This document shows positions 20,413-30,761 of a DNA stretch of 64,000 bases, piece after piece. The notes under the pieces are model-generated. The model was not told the DNA's origin and searched no databases. It saw nothing but the letters and a program-made list of their open reading frames with translations. Each line of letters begins with the position of its first letter. Positions within the stretch are counted from its first letter, which is position 1. The stretch covers positions 19,323 through 83,322 of the forward strand of contig JBKCGZ010000143.1 in NCBI GenBank assembly GCA_046303115.1, read 5' to 3'. Made by a program: the position numbers and the translations under genes. This DNA comes from Bacteroidota bacterium (GTDB lineage Bacteria; Bacteroidota; Bacteroidia; AKYH767-A; OLB10).

Positions 20413-20607
20413 TTGCGAGAGTTGAGCAAAATTAAAGGTTAAGAAATATGATTTATTTAGTTCAGTTTATCTTTAATGTTTACTTGCGATGCAAGCACAG
20501 CACAAAAGTAAAAAAGATTTATTCTACTTTAACAAAACTTTAGTACAATTTTAATGTTATTTTTTTTCATAGCAAAAAAACAAAAATAAAAATAATTCAA
20601 AAAAATA

Positions 20608-21270
20608 ATGCTACAACCCAACACCCTAAAATTTCTGAAATCGCTCGACAAAAACAACACTCGCGAGTGGTTCGAAAAAAACAAGAATTTATATGAATCT
20701 GCGAAAGCTGACTTTAACAGTTGGGTAGAGAAAATCATTTTAGAAGCTCAAAAAACAAATGATGATTACCAGCATTTAGCAGTGAAAGATTGCGTGTTTA
20801 GGATTTATCGTGATGTACGTTTCAGCAAAAACAAACTGCCCTATAAAAACAACATGGGTGCACAGCTGAAAAAAGGTGGAAAAAAATCGCCCTACTGTGG
20901 CTTTTATATTCATATTGAACCAAGCACAAATGGATCATTTATAGCGGGCGGATTTTGGATGCCGGAAGGCGATGTGCTAAAAAAACTTCGACAGGAAGTA
21001 GAATACAATACCGATGACTTTAAAAAAATCATCAACGATAAAAAATTTAAAGCATTATTTGGAGAGCTCGAAGAACATAAATTGAAAAAAGCACCCAAAG
21101 GTATTGACCCATCCTACCCTGATGTAGAATTGTTAAAATATACAAGCTACGTTGTAAGTGCCCCAATAGACAATAGTGAATTGACCTCTGAAAAATTAAA
21201 CAAACAAATTATAAAAGGATTAAAAACAATACAGCCCTTCTTAGATTTTTTAAATACTGCAATGGAATAA
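20608..21270 (+). CDS. DUF2461 (TIGR02453) family protein
   Basis: 220 aa. Family-typical N-terminus FLKSLDKNNTREWFEKNKNLYE and the RIYRDVRFSKNKLPYK motif. Confidence 0.75.
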   Translation: MLQPNTLKFLKSLDKNNTREWFEKNKNLYESAKADFNSWVEKIILEAQKTNDDYQHLAVKDCVFRIYRDVRFSKNKLPYKNNMGAQLKKGGKKSPYCGFYIHIEPSTNGSFIAGGFWMPEGDVLKKLRQEVEYNTDDFKKIINDKKFKALFGELEEHKLKKAPKGIDPSYPDVELLKYTSYVVSAPIDNSELTSEKLNKQIIKGLKTIQPFLDFLNTAME

Positions 21271-21300
21271 AAAAAGGAGGGCAAACCCCTCCTTTTTATT
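21270..21300. terminator. Bidirectional intrinsic terminator between the DUF2461 gene and metK
   Basis: AGGAGGG / CCCTCCT stem (21275-21281 / 21287-21293) flanked by an A-run on the left and a T-run on the right. It lies between convergent genes. Confidence 0.75.
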
Positions 21301-21317
21301 TTATTACGAATAACAGA

Positions 21318-22580
21318 TTATTTAATTCCGAATGCCTTCTTAACAGCAGGAACAGCGTTCAAATTTTCCCAAGGGAACAATGTAACTTTAATCTTCTTTT
21401 CGTTTTTCTTTCCTTTGTTAAACACCTTTGTTACTTCTTTGCACTCACGTCCCATATGTCCGTAAGCAGCTGTCTCACGATAGATTGGTGTACGTAATTT
21501 AAAACGTTGCTCAATAAAATAAGGACGCATGTTGAAGTCCTTCATGCTTCCAATTTTAGCAGCAATCTGTCCGTCAGTCATGTTCACCTTTGAAGTACCA
21601 TATGTATTAACAAATAATCCAACAGGATCAGCAACTCCAATTGCATATGCAACCTGAACTAATGCTTCATCACAAACGCCTGCAGCAACTAAATGCTTAG
21701 CTACGTGACGAGCGGCATATGCAGCTGAACGGTCTACCTTCGAAGGATCTTTACCAGAGAATGCACCACCACCGTGAGCACCTTTTCCACCGTAAGTATC
21801 AACGATGATTTTTCTTCCCGTTAAACCTGTATCACCATGTGGACCACCGATAACGAATTTACCTGTAGGATTAACATGATAATTAATTTTATTATTGAAT
21901 AACGCCTGAACACGCTTTGGTAATTTTTTCATTACGCGTGGTACTAAAATATTAATAACGTCTTTCTTAATCTGAGCCAACATTTCTGCTTCTTTACCAA
22001 AGTCATCATGTTGCGTTGAAATTACAATTGTATCAATACGTACTGGTTTGTGATCATCTGAATACTCAATCGTAACCTGGCTCTTAGCATCAGGACGAAG
22101 GTATTTCATCACTTTACCTTCTTTGCGAATTGCTGATAGTTCGCGAAGCAAGGTGTGAGATAATTCTAAAGGAAGAGGCATGAAATTATCCGTCTCTCGG
22201 TTAGCATAACCAAACATCATTCCCTGATCACCCGCACCTTGATCTTCTTTCTTTTTTCTAACTACACCTTGATTAATATCTGGCGACTGCTCATGAATGG
22301 CAGATAAAATTCCACAAGAATTAGCTTCGAACATATACTCGCTTTTCGTATATCCGATATCACGAATAACTTCTCTTGCGATATCTTGCACATCTAGGTA
22401 AGCGTTTGATTTAACCTCTCCAGCCAATACGACCTGTCCTGTTGTAACAAGTGTTTCACAAGCCACCTTCGATGAAGGATCATATGCTAAGAAATAATCG
22501 ATTAATGCGTCTGAAATTTGATCGGCTACTTTATCTGGATGCCCTTCAGATACCGACTCGGAAGTAAATAAGTATGACAT
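21318..22580 (-). CDS. metK: S-adenosylmethionine synthetase
   Basis: 420 aa. [29 protein letters not shown] and [16 protein letters not shown]. Confidence 0.97.
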   Translation of the reverse strand: MSYLFTSESVSEGHPDKVADQISDALIDYFLAYDPSSKVACETLVTTGQVVLAGEVKSNAYLDVQDIAREVIRDIGYTKSEYMFEANSCGILSAIHEQSPDINQGVVRKKKEDQGAGDQGMMFGYANRETDNFMPLPLELSHTLLRELSAIRKEGKVMKYLRPDAKSQVTIEYSDDHKPVRIDTIVISTQHDDFGKEAEMLAQIKKDVINILVPRVMKKLPKRVQALFNNKINYHVNPTGKFVIGGPHGDTGLTGRKIIVDTYGGKGAHGGGAFSGKDPSKVDRSAAYAARHVAKHLVAAGVCDEALVQVAYAIGVADPVGLFVNTYGTSKVNMTDGQIAAKIGSMKDFNMRPYFIEQRFKLRTPIYRETAAYGHMGRECKEVTKVFNKGKKNEKKIKVTLFPWENLNAVPAVKKAFGIK

Positions 22581-22651
22581 ATTATTTTATAGTGTTTTTA
22601 TTATTTGAAGCGACAAAGATAAAAAAAGCCATCAAGCAGAAAAATTGAGGA

Positions 22652-23566
22652 TTATTTTTTAGAAGTTAACTGTCTGAATACAGATTCGAGACTATTTTCT
22701 TCCTTTTGCATGGTAATTACAGCAAGATTATTCTGAACTGCGAAATTGAAAATCAACGGACGTAAATCTTGTCCTTTAGGCCCTATCACTTTATAGGTTT
22801 TATCATTAACAGAAAGCACTTTTTTAATTCCTGTAATAGTACTGAGTTTTTCAGAAGAAACAGCCTTGTCGAATTCAACTAAAATAATTGTCTCGGAATC
22901 GGATTTCTGTTGTAAGAAAGAGGTTTTATCATCGGCAACTATTTTTCCTTTATTGATAATAACAACCCGATCACAGATTGCTTCTACTTCTTGCATAATA
23001 TGCGTTGAAAGAATAACTGTTTTCTCTTTTCCGATATTTTTAATCAACTTGCGAATATCGACTAATTGATTAGGGTCTAATCCTGTTGTTGGCTCATCTA
23101 AAATCAATACACTCGGGTTATGAATCATCGCTTGGGCTAAACCCACTCTCTGACGATATCCCTTTGACAATGCTCCAATCTTTTTATGCTGCTCAGCTCC
23201 TAATCCCGTCACTTCTATCATGTCTTTCACACGCGAAGCCACTGTTGCTGAAGGCAACTGAATCCCTGCGATGAAAGAAAGAAACTCCTTAACATACATA
23301 TCGTGATACAAAGGATTATGCTCCGGAAGATAACCTACTCGCTCACGCACTTTAATTGGATCAGCCGTGACATCAAAACCATCAACAGAAACAGTTCCTG
23401 AATTTTGAGGCAAAAAGCATGTAATAATTTTCATCATCGTTGATTTTCCTGCTCCATTAGGCCCTAAAAAGCCAACCACCTGACCAGGCTCAACCGTGAA
23501 TGAAACATCATCCAACGCACGCTGTGTGCCATATAATTTTGTAATGTTTTTTACCTCAACTGACAT
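22652..23566 (-). CDS. gldA: ABC transporter ATP-binding protein, GldA-like (gliding-motility-associated)
   Basis: Walker A GPNGAGKST, signature LSKGYRQRV and Walker B ILDEPTTGLD. The size and N-terminus (MSVEVKNITKLYG) resemble GldA. The start was taken at the second Met of the ORF. Confidence 0.6.
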   Translation of the reverse strand: MSVEVKNITKLYGTQRALDDVSFTVEPGQVVGFLGPNGAGKSTMMKIITCFLPQNSGTVSVDGFDVTADPIKVRERVGYLPEHNPLYHDMYVKEFLSFIAGIQLPSATVASRVKDMIEVTGLGAEQHKKIGALSKGYRQRVGLAQAMIHNPSVLILDEPTTGLDPNQLVDIRKLIKNIGKEKTVILSTHIMQEVEAICDRVVIINKGKIVADDKTSFLQQKSDSETIILVEFDKAVSSEKLSTITGIKKVLSVNDKTYKVIGPKGQDLRPLIFNFAVQNNLAVITMQKEENSLESVFRQLTSKK

Positions 23567-23692
23567 ATTGCACAAATGTAGAATTATTGATTGAAATATT
23601 AAATTCCAAACTCAAAGATTTTAAAAACTACTGATTGAACAAACAATAAGCTCTAAGAATAATTAGAATTTTAAACTACTATCTTTGTTTTG

Positions 23693-24613
23693 ATGTTTGA
23701 AGGTAGAGTATTAAAATCGACAGGAAGCTGGTTTGAGGTAGAATTACCCAACCAGAAAATAATTTCTTGTAGAATTAGAGGGCAGCTACGACTTAAAGGG
23801 ATTAGCAGTACAAATCCCGTTGCCGTAGGCGATATTGTACACGTACAAGAACAAACGGATGGCACTGGTGTAATAACAGACATTAACGACCGTACAAATT
23901 ACATCATCCGAAAATCAATAAATCTATCTAAGCAAACCCATATTCTGGCGGCTAATATTGATTACGCTTGGATTGTTGTTACTCCAGTTTTTCCAAAGAC
24001 CTCCACTGGTTTTATTGATCGTTTTATTGCAGCTGCAGAATCCTATCATATTCCCGTTGGAATCATTTTTAATAAATCGGATTTGTTTGTTAATCATCTA
24101 AGCGAGATTCAACATGAATACCTCGATATATATGAGTCGCTTGGATACAAATGCATTAAAGTTTCTTCTCAAACAAAAGAAGGAATTGATGAGCTTAAAT
24201 TGTTATTAGATGGCAAAGTAAATTTGTTAACGGGTCACTCTGGTGTTGGAAAATCGAGTTTGATTAATTCAATTATTCCTGATTTAAATTTAAAGGTTGG
24301 TGAAATTTCAAAACAACATTTAAAAGGGAAACATACAACCACTTTTGCTGAAATGCATAAGGTTGACAACTCAACTTATATCATCGATACTCCAGGCATT
24401 CGTGAATTTGTGAATATTGATTTTGTTCCAAGTGAAATTTCACATTATTTCATTGAAATGCGGGAGCTATTAAACGATTGTAAGTTTAATAATTGCTTAC
24501 ATGAAAACGAACAACAATGTGCTGTGAAGGCTGCTTATGAAGCAGGCAAAATTCATCCGGATCGTTACTACAATTATTTAAGCATCCTTCACAACGAAGA
24601 CAATTTCAAATAG
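23693..24613 (+). CDS. rsgA: Ribosome small-subunit-dependent GTPase A
   Basis: OB-fold N-terminus, circularly permuted GTPase motifs (NKSDL ... GHSGVGKSSLIN) and a C-terminal Zn knuckle (CKFNNCLHENEQQC). ATG at 23693; the ORF track opens at a TTG 3 nt earlier. Confidence 0.9.
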   Translation: MFEGRVLKSTGSWFEVELPNQKIISCRIRGQLRLKGISSTNPVAVGDIVHVQEQTDGTGVITDINDRTNYIIRKSINLSKQTHILAANIDYAWIVVTPVFPKTSTGFIDRFIAAAESYHIPVGIIFNKSDLFVNHLSEIQHEYLDIYESLGYKCIKVSSQTKEGIDELKLLLDGKVNLLTGHSGVGKSSLINSIIPDLNLKVGEISKQHLKGKHTTTFAEMHKVDNSTYIIDTPGIREFVNIDFVPSEISHYFIEMRELLNDCKFNNCLHENEQQCAVKAAYEAGKIHPDRYYNYLSILHNEDNFK

Positions 24614-24616
24614 TAT

Positions 24617-25069
24617 ATGCGAACCGTTATACAACGAGTTTCTGAAGCTAGTGTTTTAATCAATCAGCAAGAACGCAGAAGTATTGGCCGTGGATTAATG
24701 ATATTAGTTGGGATTACACATGAGGACACTTTAGAAGACATTTCATGGCTTGTACAAAAGATTGGAAAGCTAAGGATATTTGCAGATGAAAATGGTGTTA
24801 TGAATTTAAATGTGAATGAAATTAACGGTGAAGTTTTACTGATAAGTCAATTTACTTTACACGCATCCACTAAAAAAGGAAATCGCCCTTCATACATTGG
24901 TGCTGCTCGTCCTGAGATGGCCATTCCAATTTACGACGAAATTATCAAACAGCTTCAATTAGAAATTCAAAAGCCAATTTTAACAGGAGAATTTGGAGCA
25001 GATATGCAAGTTCAACTTATCAATGATGGACCAGTAACAATCATCATCGATTCGAAAAATAAAGAGTGA
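24617..25069 (+). CDS. dtd: D-aminoacyl-tRNA deacylase
   Basis: 150 aa. MRTVIQRV..., SQFTLHAS and NDGPVT motifs. Confidence 0.93.
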   Translation: MRTVIQRVSEASVLINQQERRSIGRGLMILVGITHEDTLEDISWLVQKIGKLRIFADENGVMNLNVNEINGEVLLISQFTLHASTKKGNRPSYIGAARPEMAIPIYDEIIKQLQLEIQKPILTGEFGADMQVQLINDGPVTIIIDSKNKE

Positions 25070-25072
25070 TTT

Positions 25073-26275
25073 TTAATTCAGTTGTTTATACTTATTAATC
25101 AACTGATAAAACCCAAGAGCTAAAAAGGTACTCACAACAATCAATACCCAAAACATTGTAGTAAATCCGTAGCGAGCGGCAATTCCTAATCCAAGCAATG
25201 GAGCTGCAATATTCGCCAATCCATAGGCAATAGAATAGAGTGCAGCATATTGTCCTTGACGAGACTTATCAGGACGTGACAACGCAATATTCATCATAAA
25301 TGGCATCGCATATATTTCCGACATTGTGATAATAAAAGTATAAGCTATTGCCATAAGCAAATTCTGATTGGCTATCAACAAAATAAAAAAAGAAACGGGC
25401 AAACATAATGCGCCCCAGATAATGTATTTAAACTTATTGTTTTTATTTTCGAGATGCATAACCAATGGCATTTCAATAAGCACCACGAGCAAACCATTTA
25501 ATGCCAGTAATAATCCAATTTTATCTTCATCATAAAGCCAACTTCTGCTCAAGAACTGAGGAACACTTGCAAAAATCTGAAAGAAGCAGGTGGCGTAAAC
25601 AGCCACTAAAAAAATGAATGCGAGATACCAGTAATCCTGATAAGCAGATTTTGTGGCTATTGTTTTTTTCTCGTGATGCTCGTGACCAACTTTTCGTCGA
25701 GGCAAGTACAAAACCAACATCAACGCTGCAAAAACAGAAGTTGATGCATCTATCACAAACAACCATTTGTATCCTAAGTAATGTGCTACAAATCCACCAA
25801 CTGCAGGACCAATTGTAAATCCTAAATTAGTAGCAATCCTAACGAGCGAAACAGATCGTGTTCTATTACTAGCCTCGCTATAAAAAGCAATAGCAGCTGA
25901 GTTTGCTGGTCTAAAAATATCAGCTGTAAATGCGTAGGTAAATATTATTGCAGCAATGCCATAAAGTGAAGTAACAAATACCATTAGCATCAAAACACAA
26001 GCACAAACAATTAATGAGGCAATCATAATATCATAAAAATTACGCCTGTCGGTTAACCAACCGCCGATATAACTTCCGAGGATACTTCCTATTCCATACA
26101 AACTCATTACGAAGCCAGCCTCTGCTAAAGTATAATGCAGTTCTTTGGTTAAATACAATGATGTAAATAAAAGCACCATCGACCCAGAGCGATTAACAAC
26201 CATTGCAAGACTTAACACCCAAACTTTAGAAGGTAACCCTGAAAATGCTTTTTTGTAAATTTGAAGGAAAGACAT
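25073..26275 (-). CDS. MFS transporter
   Basis: About 12 predicted TM helices. The start was taken at MSFLQIYKK (internal Met), which removes the overlap with the divergent mazG-like gene. The ORF track extends to 26305. Confidence 0.75.
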   Translation of the reverse strand: MSFLQIYKKAFSGLPSKVWVLSLAMVVNRSGSMVLLFTSLYLTKELHYTLAEAGFVMSLYGIGSILGSYIGGWLTDRRNFYDIMIASLIVCACVLMLMVFVTSLYGIAAIIFTYAFTADIFRPANSAAIAFYSEASNRTRSVSLVRIATNLGFTIGPAVGGFVAHYLGYKWLFVIDASTSVFAALMLVLYLPRRKVGHEHHEKKTIATKSAYQDYWYLAFIFLVAVYATCFFQIFASVPQFLSRSWLYDEDKIGLLLALNGLLVVLIEMPLVMHLENKNNKFKYIIWGALCLPVSFFILLIANQNLLMAIAYTFIITMSEIYAMPFMMNIALSRPDKSRQGQYAALYSIAYGLANIAAPLLGLGIAARYGFTTMFWVLIVVSTFLALGFYQLINKYKQLN

Positions 26276-26326
26276 CGAAACAAAAATACCTTTTATCTTT
26301 ATCAAAAAATTAAATCATTTTTAGTT

Positions 26327-26656
26327 ATGACAATAAACGATGCACAGCAAGAAGTTGACAACTGGATAAAAACAATTGGTGTTAGATACTTTAGTGAATT
26401 AACGAATATGGCTATCTTAACAGAAGAAGTTGGCGAACTTGCAAGAATTATTGCTAGAAAGTATGGAGACCAGTCGTTTAAAAACAATGAATCTCAAGCT
26501 GATTTAGGAGATGAAATGGCGGATGTGCTGTGGGTTTTGATTTGCCTTGCGAACCAAACAGGAGTTAATCTTACAGAAGCTTTGCAAAAAAACATTGAAA
26601 AGAAAAGTAACCGAGATGCCGATCGTCATAAGAACAATGATAAACTAAGGGATTAA
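26327..26656 (+). CDS. MazG-like nucleotide pyrophosphohydrolase (small, single domain)
   Basis: EExGE...E/DxxD pattern: LTEEVGELARII ... LGDEMADVLWVL. The start was taken at MTINDAQQEV. Confidence 0.75.
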   Translation: MTINDAQQEVDNWIKTIGVRYFSELTNMAILTEEVGELARIIARKYGDQSFKNNESQADLGDEMADVLWVLICLANQTGVNLTEALQKNIEKKSNRDADRHKNNDKLRD

Positions 26657-26729
26657 ATTGTTAATTAAATTTTGTCAATTTTGAAAATTGAGTGCATGAA
26701 CACTTAACTTTGTATTCAATTCATTACGA

Positions 26730-28043
26730 ATGATAGCAGATATATTTCTCACAGGATTACTAGTATTTTTAAACGGTTTTTTCGTTGCCGCAGAGTTTGC
26801 GATTGTAAAAGTTAGAGCTTCGCAGGTAGACATCAAAGCATCACACGGAAATAAACTTGCAAAAATATCGCAACATATTCTCGAAAACCTTGACAAATAT
26901 TTAAGTACTTGTCAGCTAGGTATTACGCTAGCGAGTCTTGCCTTAGGTTGGATAGGCGAACGAGTTGTAACAAGAATTGTCGCTAATATTGGCGGACATT
27001 TTGGCTGGGTTATTAATCCAGAAGATCCAACAGGAATCGGGGTAATTATTGCGTTCATTCTCATTACTATTTTACATATTGTATTAGGTGAGCAAGCACC
27101 CAAAACAGCGGCTATTAGGAACCCACTTTTTCACACCATGATAGTTGCAATTCCACTGCGTGTGATGTATACTATTTTCTCACCATTCATCTGGGTTTTA
27201 AATAGCTTATCATCATTAACATTGCGCGTTTTAGGATTAGGAAAAGCGACACATAGCGAAATTCATAGTGAAGAAGAAATCAGGATGCTATTAACGGAAT
27301 CAGAAGAAGGTGGTGCAATTAAACCTTCAGAAAATGAATTGATTCAAAATGTATTTGAGTTCGATGATCGAGTTGTACGGCAGATATTAATTCCGCGTAC
27401 TAAAATCTCTGCAATTGATGTTGAAAGTTCGAAGGAAGAAGTCATTCAGCGCGTGGTTGAAGAAGGATACTCCAGACTTCCAGTTTACCAAGATTCACTC
27501 GATAATATCATTGGTATTCTATATACGAAAGATTTAATTCGCGCAATGCACGAACGTAATTTTAAAGGTGTAAGTTCTTTAATCCGACCAGCGTATTTTA
27601 TTCCGTTAAGTAAAGCTATTAACGATTTGTTGAGGGAATTTCAAACACAGCATATTCAAATGGCGATTGTTACCAATGAATTTGGTGGCACCGCAGGAAT
27701 TGTAACAATGGAAGATATCATTGAAGAATTGGTAGGTGAAATTCAAGATGAATACGATGATGAAAAGCCTCCTGTAGAAAAGAAAAGCGAGACCGAGTAC
27801 ATTGTCAATGCAACTGCCTCCATAGGTGATGTGAACGATTTACTGCCAATAATGCTTGAAGAAAATCCGAATTATGATACTATCAGTGGATTGTTAAATG
27901 ATATTTTCGGTCGCATTCCAGCGGTAAATGAAAAACGGATTTATGGTGGTTACGAGTTCACTGTTTTAAAACGCTTGAAGCACAGTGTCGACTCCGTAAA
28001 AATGGAAGTGGTAAATCCTGAAGACGTAGAAGGCTCTAACTAG
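26730..28043 (+). CDS. CNNM/TlyC-family protein (DUF21 membrane domain + CBS pair + CorC_HlyC)
   Basis: 437 aa. Four N-terminal TM helices, a central CBS pair and a C-terminal transporter-associated domain. Confidence 0.85.
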   Translation: MIADIFLTGLLVFLNGFFVAAEFAIVKVRASQVDIKASHGNKLAKISQHILENLDKYLSTCQLGITLASLALGWIGERVVTRIVANIGGHFGWVINPEDPTGIGVIIAFILITILHIVLGEQAPKTAAIRNPLFHTMIVAIPLRVMYTIFSPFIWVLNSLSSLTLRVLGLGKATHSEIHSEEEIRMLLTESEEGGAIKPSENELIQNVFEFDDRVVRQILIPRTKISAIDVESSKEEVIQRVVEEGYSRLPVYQDSLDNIIGILYTKDLIRAMHERNFKGVSSLIRPAYFIPLSKAINDLLREFQTQHIQMAIVTNEFGGTAGIVTMEDIIEELVGEIQDEYDDEKPPVEKKSETEYIVNATASIGDVNDLLPIMLEENPNYDTISGLLNDIFGRIPAVNEKRIYGGYEFTVLKRLKHSVDSVKMEVVNPEDVEGSN

Positions 28044-28044
28044 T

Positions 28045-28449
28045 TTACTTTGTACAAACAGCCGTTGCACTTTGGCCATCAGTTGAATAGTTCATACTAA
28101 TTTTTTCTCCCCCACTACTACTGTATATCCCAGAACCTTGAACAGGAATGGAAGTGGTTGTAATATTTTGGAAAGGAATTACAATTGAATTTCCAGAAAT
28201 CTCCGCATAAGTTTGAGGACTTGATGTTCCGTAATTACTAAAATTACTAATCTTGACTGAATCGCCATCACCAACCTTTGAAATGGTGATAGTAAACGAT
28301 TGTGCAGGTGAACCAGTGATTGTTTCCTGACACAACCAGCTTCCTGTGAATTTATCGCGAGGGTCAGCAGTTGGATCTACTGTCTCATCAGAACAAGAAG
28401 CAATAAATAAAGCGATGCTTGCAAAAGAAATCCAGATAATTTTTTTCAT
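28045..28449 (-). CDS. Small lipoprotein (hypothetical)
   Basis: 134 aa with a lipoprotein signal (LFIASCSD) and a beta-rich Ser/Thr/Gly composition. Confidence 0.5.
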   Translation of the reverse strand: MKKIIWISFASIALFIASCSDETVDPTADPRDKFTGSWLCQETITGSPAQSFTITISKVGDGDSVKISNFSNYGTSSPQTYAEISGNSIVIPFQNITTTSIPVQGSGIYSSSGGEKISMNYSTDGQSATAVCTK

Positions 28450-28592
28450 AGTTCTAAAATTGAATGGTTCAAAGTTATAAGAATTTAAGAAATTTTAAGG
28501 TGTTTAAAATACGGACAAACTAAAAACTAAAGGAAACTTAAAATATTGTGGGGAGCCGTTATTATTCGTACCCTTTTAATTACCTTTGTTGT

Positions 28593-28955
28593 ATGGATTC
28601 GGTTCGTCAGCAGAAATATGCCAGATTAATTCAAAAAGAGCTTGGGGAAATTTTTCAAAGAGAAGGTAGAAATTGGTTTGGACAAAATTTTATTACAATT
28701 ACAAGTGCACGCGTAACACCTGATTTGGGATTAGCCCGCATACAACTAAGTATGTTTAAAGTTGCTGAACCAAAGCTCATTTTAAAACAATTATCGATTC
28801 ACAAAAATGAAATTCGTAAAGCATTGGGATTAAGAATTGGAAAACAGGCGCGTATTATTCCTGAATTAGAATTCTTTCACGATGACAGCCTTGATTATGT
28901 TGAAAAGATTGAAAAGATTTTTAAAAACTTGAATATTCCGCCCGAGGAAAAATAA
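28593..28955 (+). CDS. rbfA: Ribosome-binding factor A
   Basis: SVRQQKYARLIQKELGEIF..., VTPDLGLARI and IPELEFFHD motifs. The start was taken at the ATG at 28593; the ORF track opens at a GTG at 28548. Confidence 0.85.
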   Translation: MDSVRQQKYARLIQKELGEIFQREGRNWFGQNFITITSARVTPDLGLARIQLSMFKVAEPKLILKQLSIHKNEIRKALGLRIGKQARIIPELEFFHDDSLDYVEKIEKIFKNLNIPPEEK

Positions 28956-28964
28956 ATCATCGCT

Positions 28965-29759
28965 ATGCAACAGTACAACGATTTGCTGCGACACGTAATG
29001 CAGCACGGAACAAAGAAAGAAGATAGAACTGGAACTGGAACCGTAAGTGTATTTGGTTATCAAATGCGATTTAATTTACAAGAAGGATTCCCTTTAGTTA
29101 CTACCAAGAAAGTTCATACTAAATCAATCATTCACGAATTACTTTGGTTTTTAAAAGGTGATACCAATATCAAATATTTAAAAGATAATGGCGTAACTAT
29201 CTGGGATGAATGGGCTGACGAAAATGGGAATTTAGGACCTGTTTATGGTTATCAATGGCGTTCATGGCCTTCTGCTTCAGGTGAACATATTGATCAGATA
29301 TCGCAGTTAATTGATCAGATAAAAAAGAATCCTGATTCAAGAAGATTATTAGTTAATGCCTGGAATGTGAGTGAAATTTCAAAAATGAAATTACCTCCTT
29401 GCCATATCCTATTTCAATTTTATGTAGCTGATGGAAAGTTAAGTTGTCAGTTATATCAGCGAAGTGCAGATTTATTTTTAGGAGTACCTTTTAACATTGC
29501 ATCATACGCTTTGCTAACACATATGGTAGCGCAGGTTTGTAATTTAGAAGTTGGCGAATTTATACACACATTAGGTGATGCTCATATTTACAGCAATCAT
29601 TTTGATCAAGTAAACTTGCAATTAACGAGAGATCCTCTACCCTTGCCTACTTTAAAATTGAATCCAGAAGTAAAAAACATTTTCGATTTCACTTACGAGG
29701 ATATTGCTATCGAAAACTATCAATCACATCCTGCAATTAAAGCAGTTGTTGCTGTTTAG
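28965..29759 (+). CDS. thyA: Thymidylate synthase
   Basis: 264 aa. [11 protein letters not shown]..., active-site LPPCH and the [16 protein letters not shown] motif. Confidence 0.97.
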   Translation: MQQYNDLLRHVMQHGTKKEDRTGTGTVSVFGYQMRFNLQEGFPLVTTKKVHTKSIIHELLWFLKGDTNIKYLKDNGVTIWDEWADENGNLGPVYGYQWRSWPSASGEHIDQISQLIDQIKKNPDSRRLLVNAWNVSEISKMKLPPCHILFQFYVADGKLSCQLYQRSADLFLGVPFNIASYALLTHMVAQVCNLEVGEFIHTLGDAHIYSNHFDQVNLQLTRDPLPLPTLKLNPEVKNIFDFTYEDIAIENYQSHPAIKAVVAV

Positions 29760-29761
29760 AT

Positions 29762-30262
29762 ATGACTATTTCCATCATTGTTGCTTTTGCTAATAACCGT
29801 GTAATAGGTAAAGACAACCAATTAATTTGGCACTTGCCTAATGACCTAAAACATTTCAAAGCAGTTACGAGTGGACATCCTGTTATTATGGGACGTAAAA
29901 CATTTGAGTCGATTGGAAGATTATTACCAAACCGAAAAAACATCATTGTAACTCGTAATAAAGAATATCAAGTTGAGGGCGCTCACGTTTTTAATTCATT
30001 AGAAGCAGCAATTGAAAGCTGTATAGGCGAAGAAGAAATATTTATCATTGGCGGAAGTGAAATTTACGGACAGGCATTAGCGTTAGCACACAAACTGTAT
30101 ATCACAGAAGTCCTTCACAATTTTGAAGGCGATGCTTTTTTCCCAGAAATTAATTTTGAAGAGTGGAAAGTAATTAGTGAGGAGAATGGGATTTTAGATG
30201 AGAAGAATAAGTGGGAGCATCGTTTTAAATTATATCACCGTCACTTCGACTTCACTCATTGA
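29762..30262 (+). CDS. folA: Dihydrofolate reductase (the last codons lie inside a repeat hairpin)
   Basis: 166 aa. ISIIVAFANNRVIGKDNQLIWHLPNDLKHFKAVT, GRKTFESIG. The C-terminal ...YHRHFDFTH is encoded by the 30234-30270 hairpin element. Confidence 0.93.
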   Translation: MTISIIVAFANNRVIGKDNQLIWHLPNDLKHFKAVTSGHPVIMGRKTFESIGRLLPNRKNIIVTRNKEYQVEGAHVFNSLEAAIESCIGEEEIFIIGGSEIYGQALALAHKLYITEVLHNFEGDAFFPEINFEEWKVISEENGILDEKNKWEHRFKLYHRHFDFTH

Positions 30263-30344
30263 GCGGTGATAATAGTTGAGTAAGGTCCCTTCGACTACGC
30301 TCAGTGACCCTTTAATTTGTTTCCTAAACGAAGCCGAAGGAAAC
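30234..30344. repeat. Three consecutive REP-like hairpins containing two copies of a ~24-nt unit (CnCTTCGACTnCnCTCAnTGA)
   Basis: Hairpin 1 is ATCACCG...CGGTGAT (30234-30270) and encloses the folA stop codon. Hairpin 2 is an imperfect AAGGTC...GACCCTT (30282-30312). Hairpin 3 is GTTTCCT...AGGAAAC (30319-30344) and encloses the GIY-YIG stop codon. Unit copies at 30242-30265 and 30287-30310 match at 17 of 24 positions. Confidence 0.55.
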
Positions 30345-30662
30345 ATTTAGGTGACTTGTCTCATTCTTGCACGCTGCCAACTCCTTCAACTTTTCAAAAT
30401 CTCCTCTTACCAAGGCTGATTTTTTATGACTTGTCCATCGTTGAATTTGCTTTTCTCTATAAAACGCTTTCCAAATCTTATCAAACTCTTCAAAATAAAC
30501 TAAACAAACTGGAAAATGCTTCTTTGTATAGTTTGCACCCTTTCCATTTTGATGTGCAGCAATTCGCTTAAACAAATTCCTTGTACTACCGATGTAATAT
30601 GTCCCATTAGAGCATTCTAAAATATACATATAACCACGAACTGGTCTTTTCTTTTTTTGCAT
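30324..30662 (-). CDS. GIY-YIG nuclease family protein (small, free-standing)
   Basis: 112 aa. GYMYILECSNGTYYIGSTRNLFKRIAAHQNGKGANYT is the GIY-(N10)-YIG motif with the conserved R and N. Confidence 0.8.
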   Translation of the reverse strand: MQKKKRPVRGYMYILECSNGTYYIGSTRNLFKRIAAHQNGKGANYTKKHFPVCLVYFEEFDKIWKAFYREKQIQRWTSHKKSALVRGDFEKLKELAACKNETSHLNVSFGFV

Positions 30663-30761
30663 TAGTTCTTTATGAAAAGGGGGCGCAAAAATATTTTAAT
30701 TTTAACAAGTTTTAAAATGCAAAACTGTTGATTTATCGATTAGTTAATAACTTAATAATAA

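Noticed and set aside
20078-20425. Plus-strand 115-aa ORF with poly-Ser runs overlapping the anmK end
   Set aside because: It is the antisense frame of the poly-Asp gene (GAT/GAC read backwards gives Ser/Ile-type codons). It overlaps the well-supported anmK 3' end out of frame and has no promoter box. The minus-strand ORF is preferred, although neither is proven.
22581-22651. Possible SAM riboswitch in front of metK
   Set aside because: The leader is only ~70 nt, is AT-rich, and lacks the conserved helices and GC-rich core of the SAM-I or SAM-II classes.
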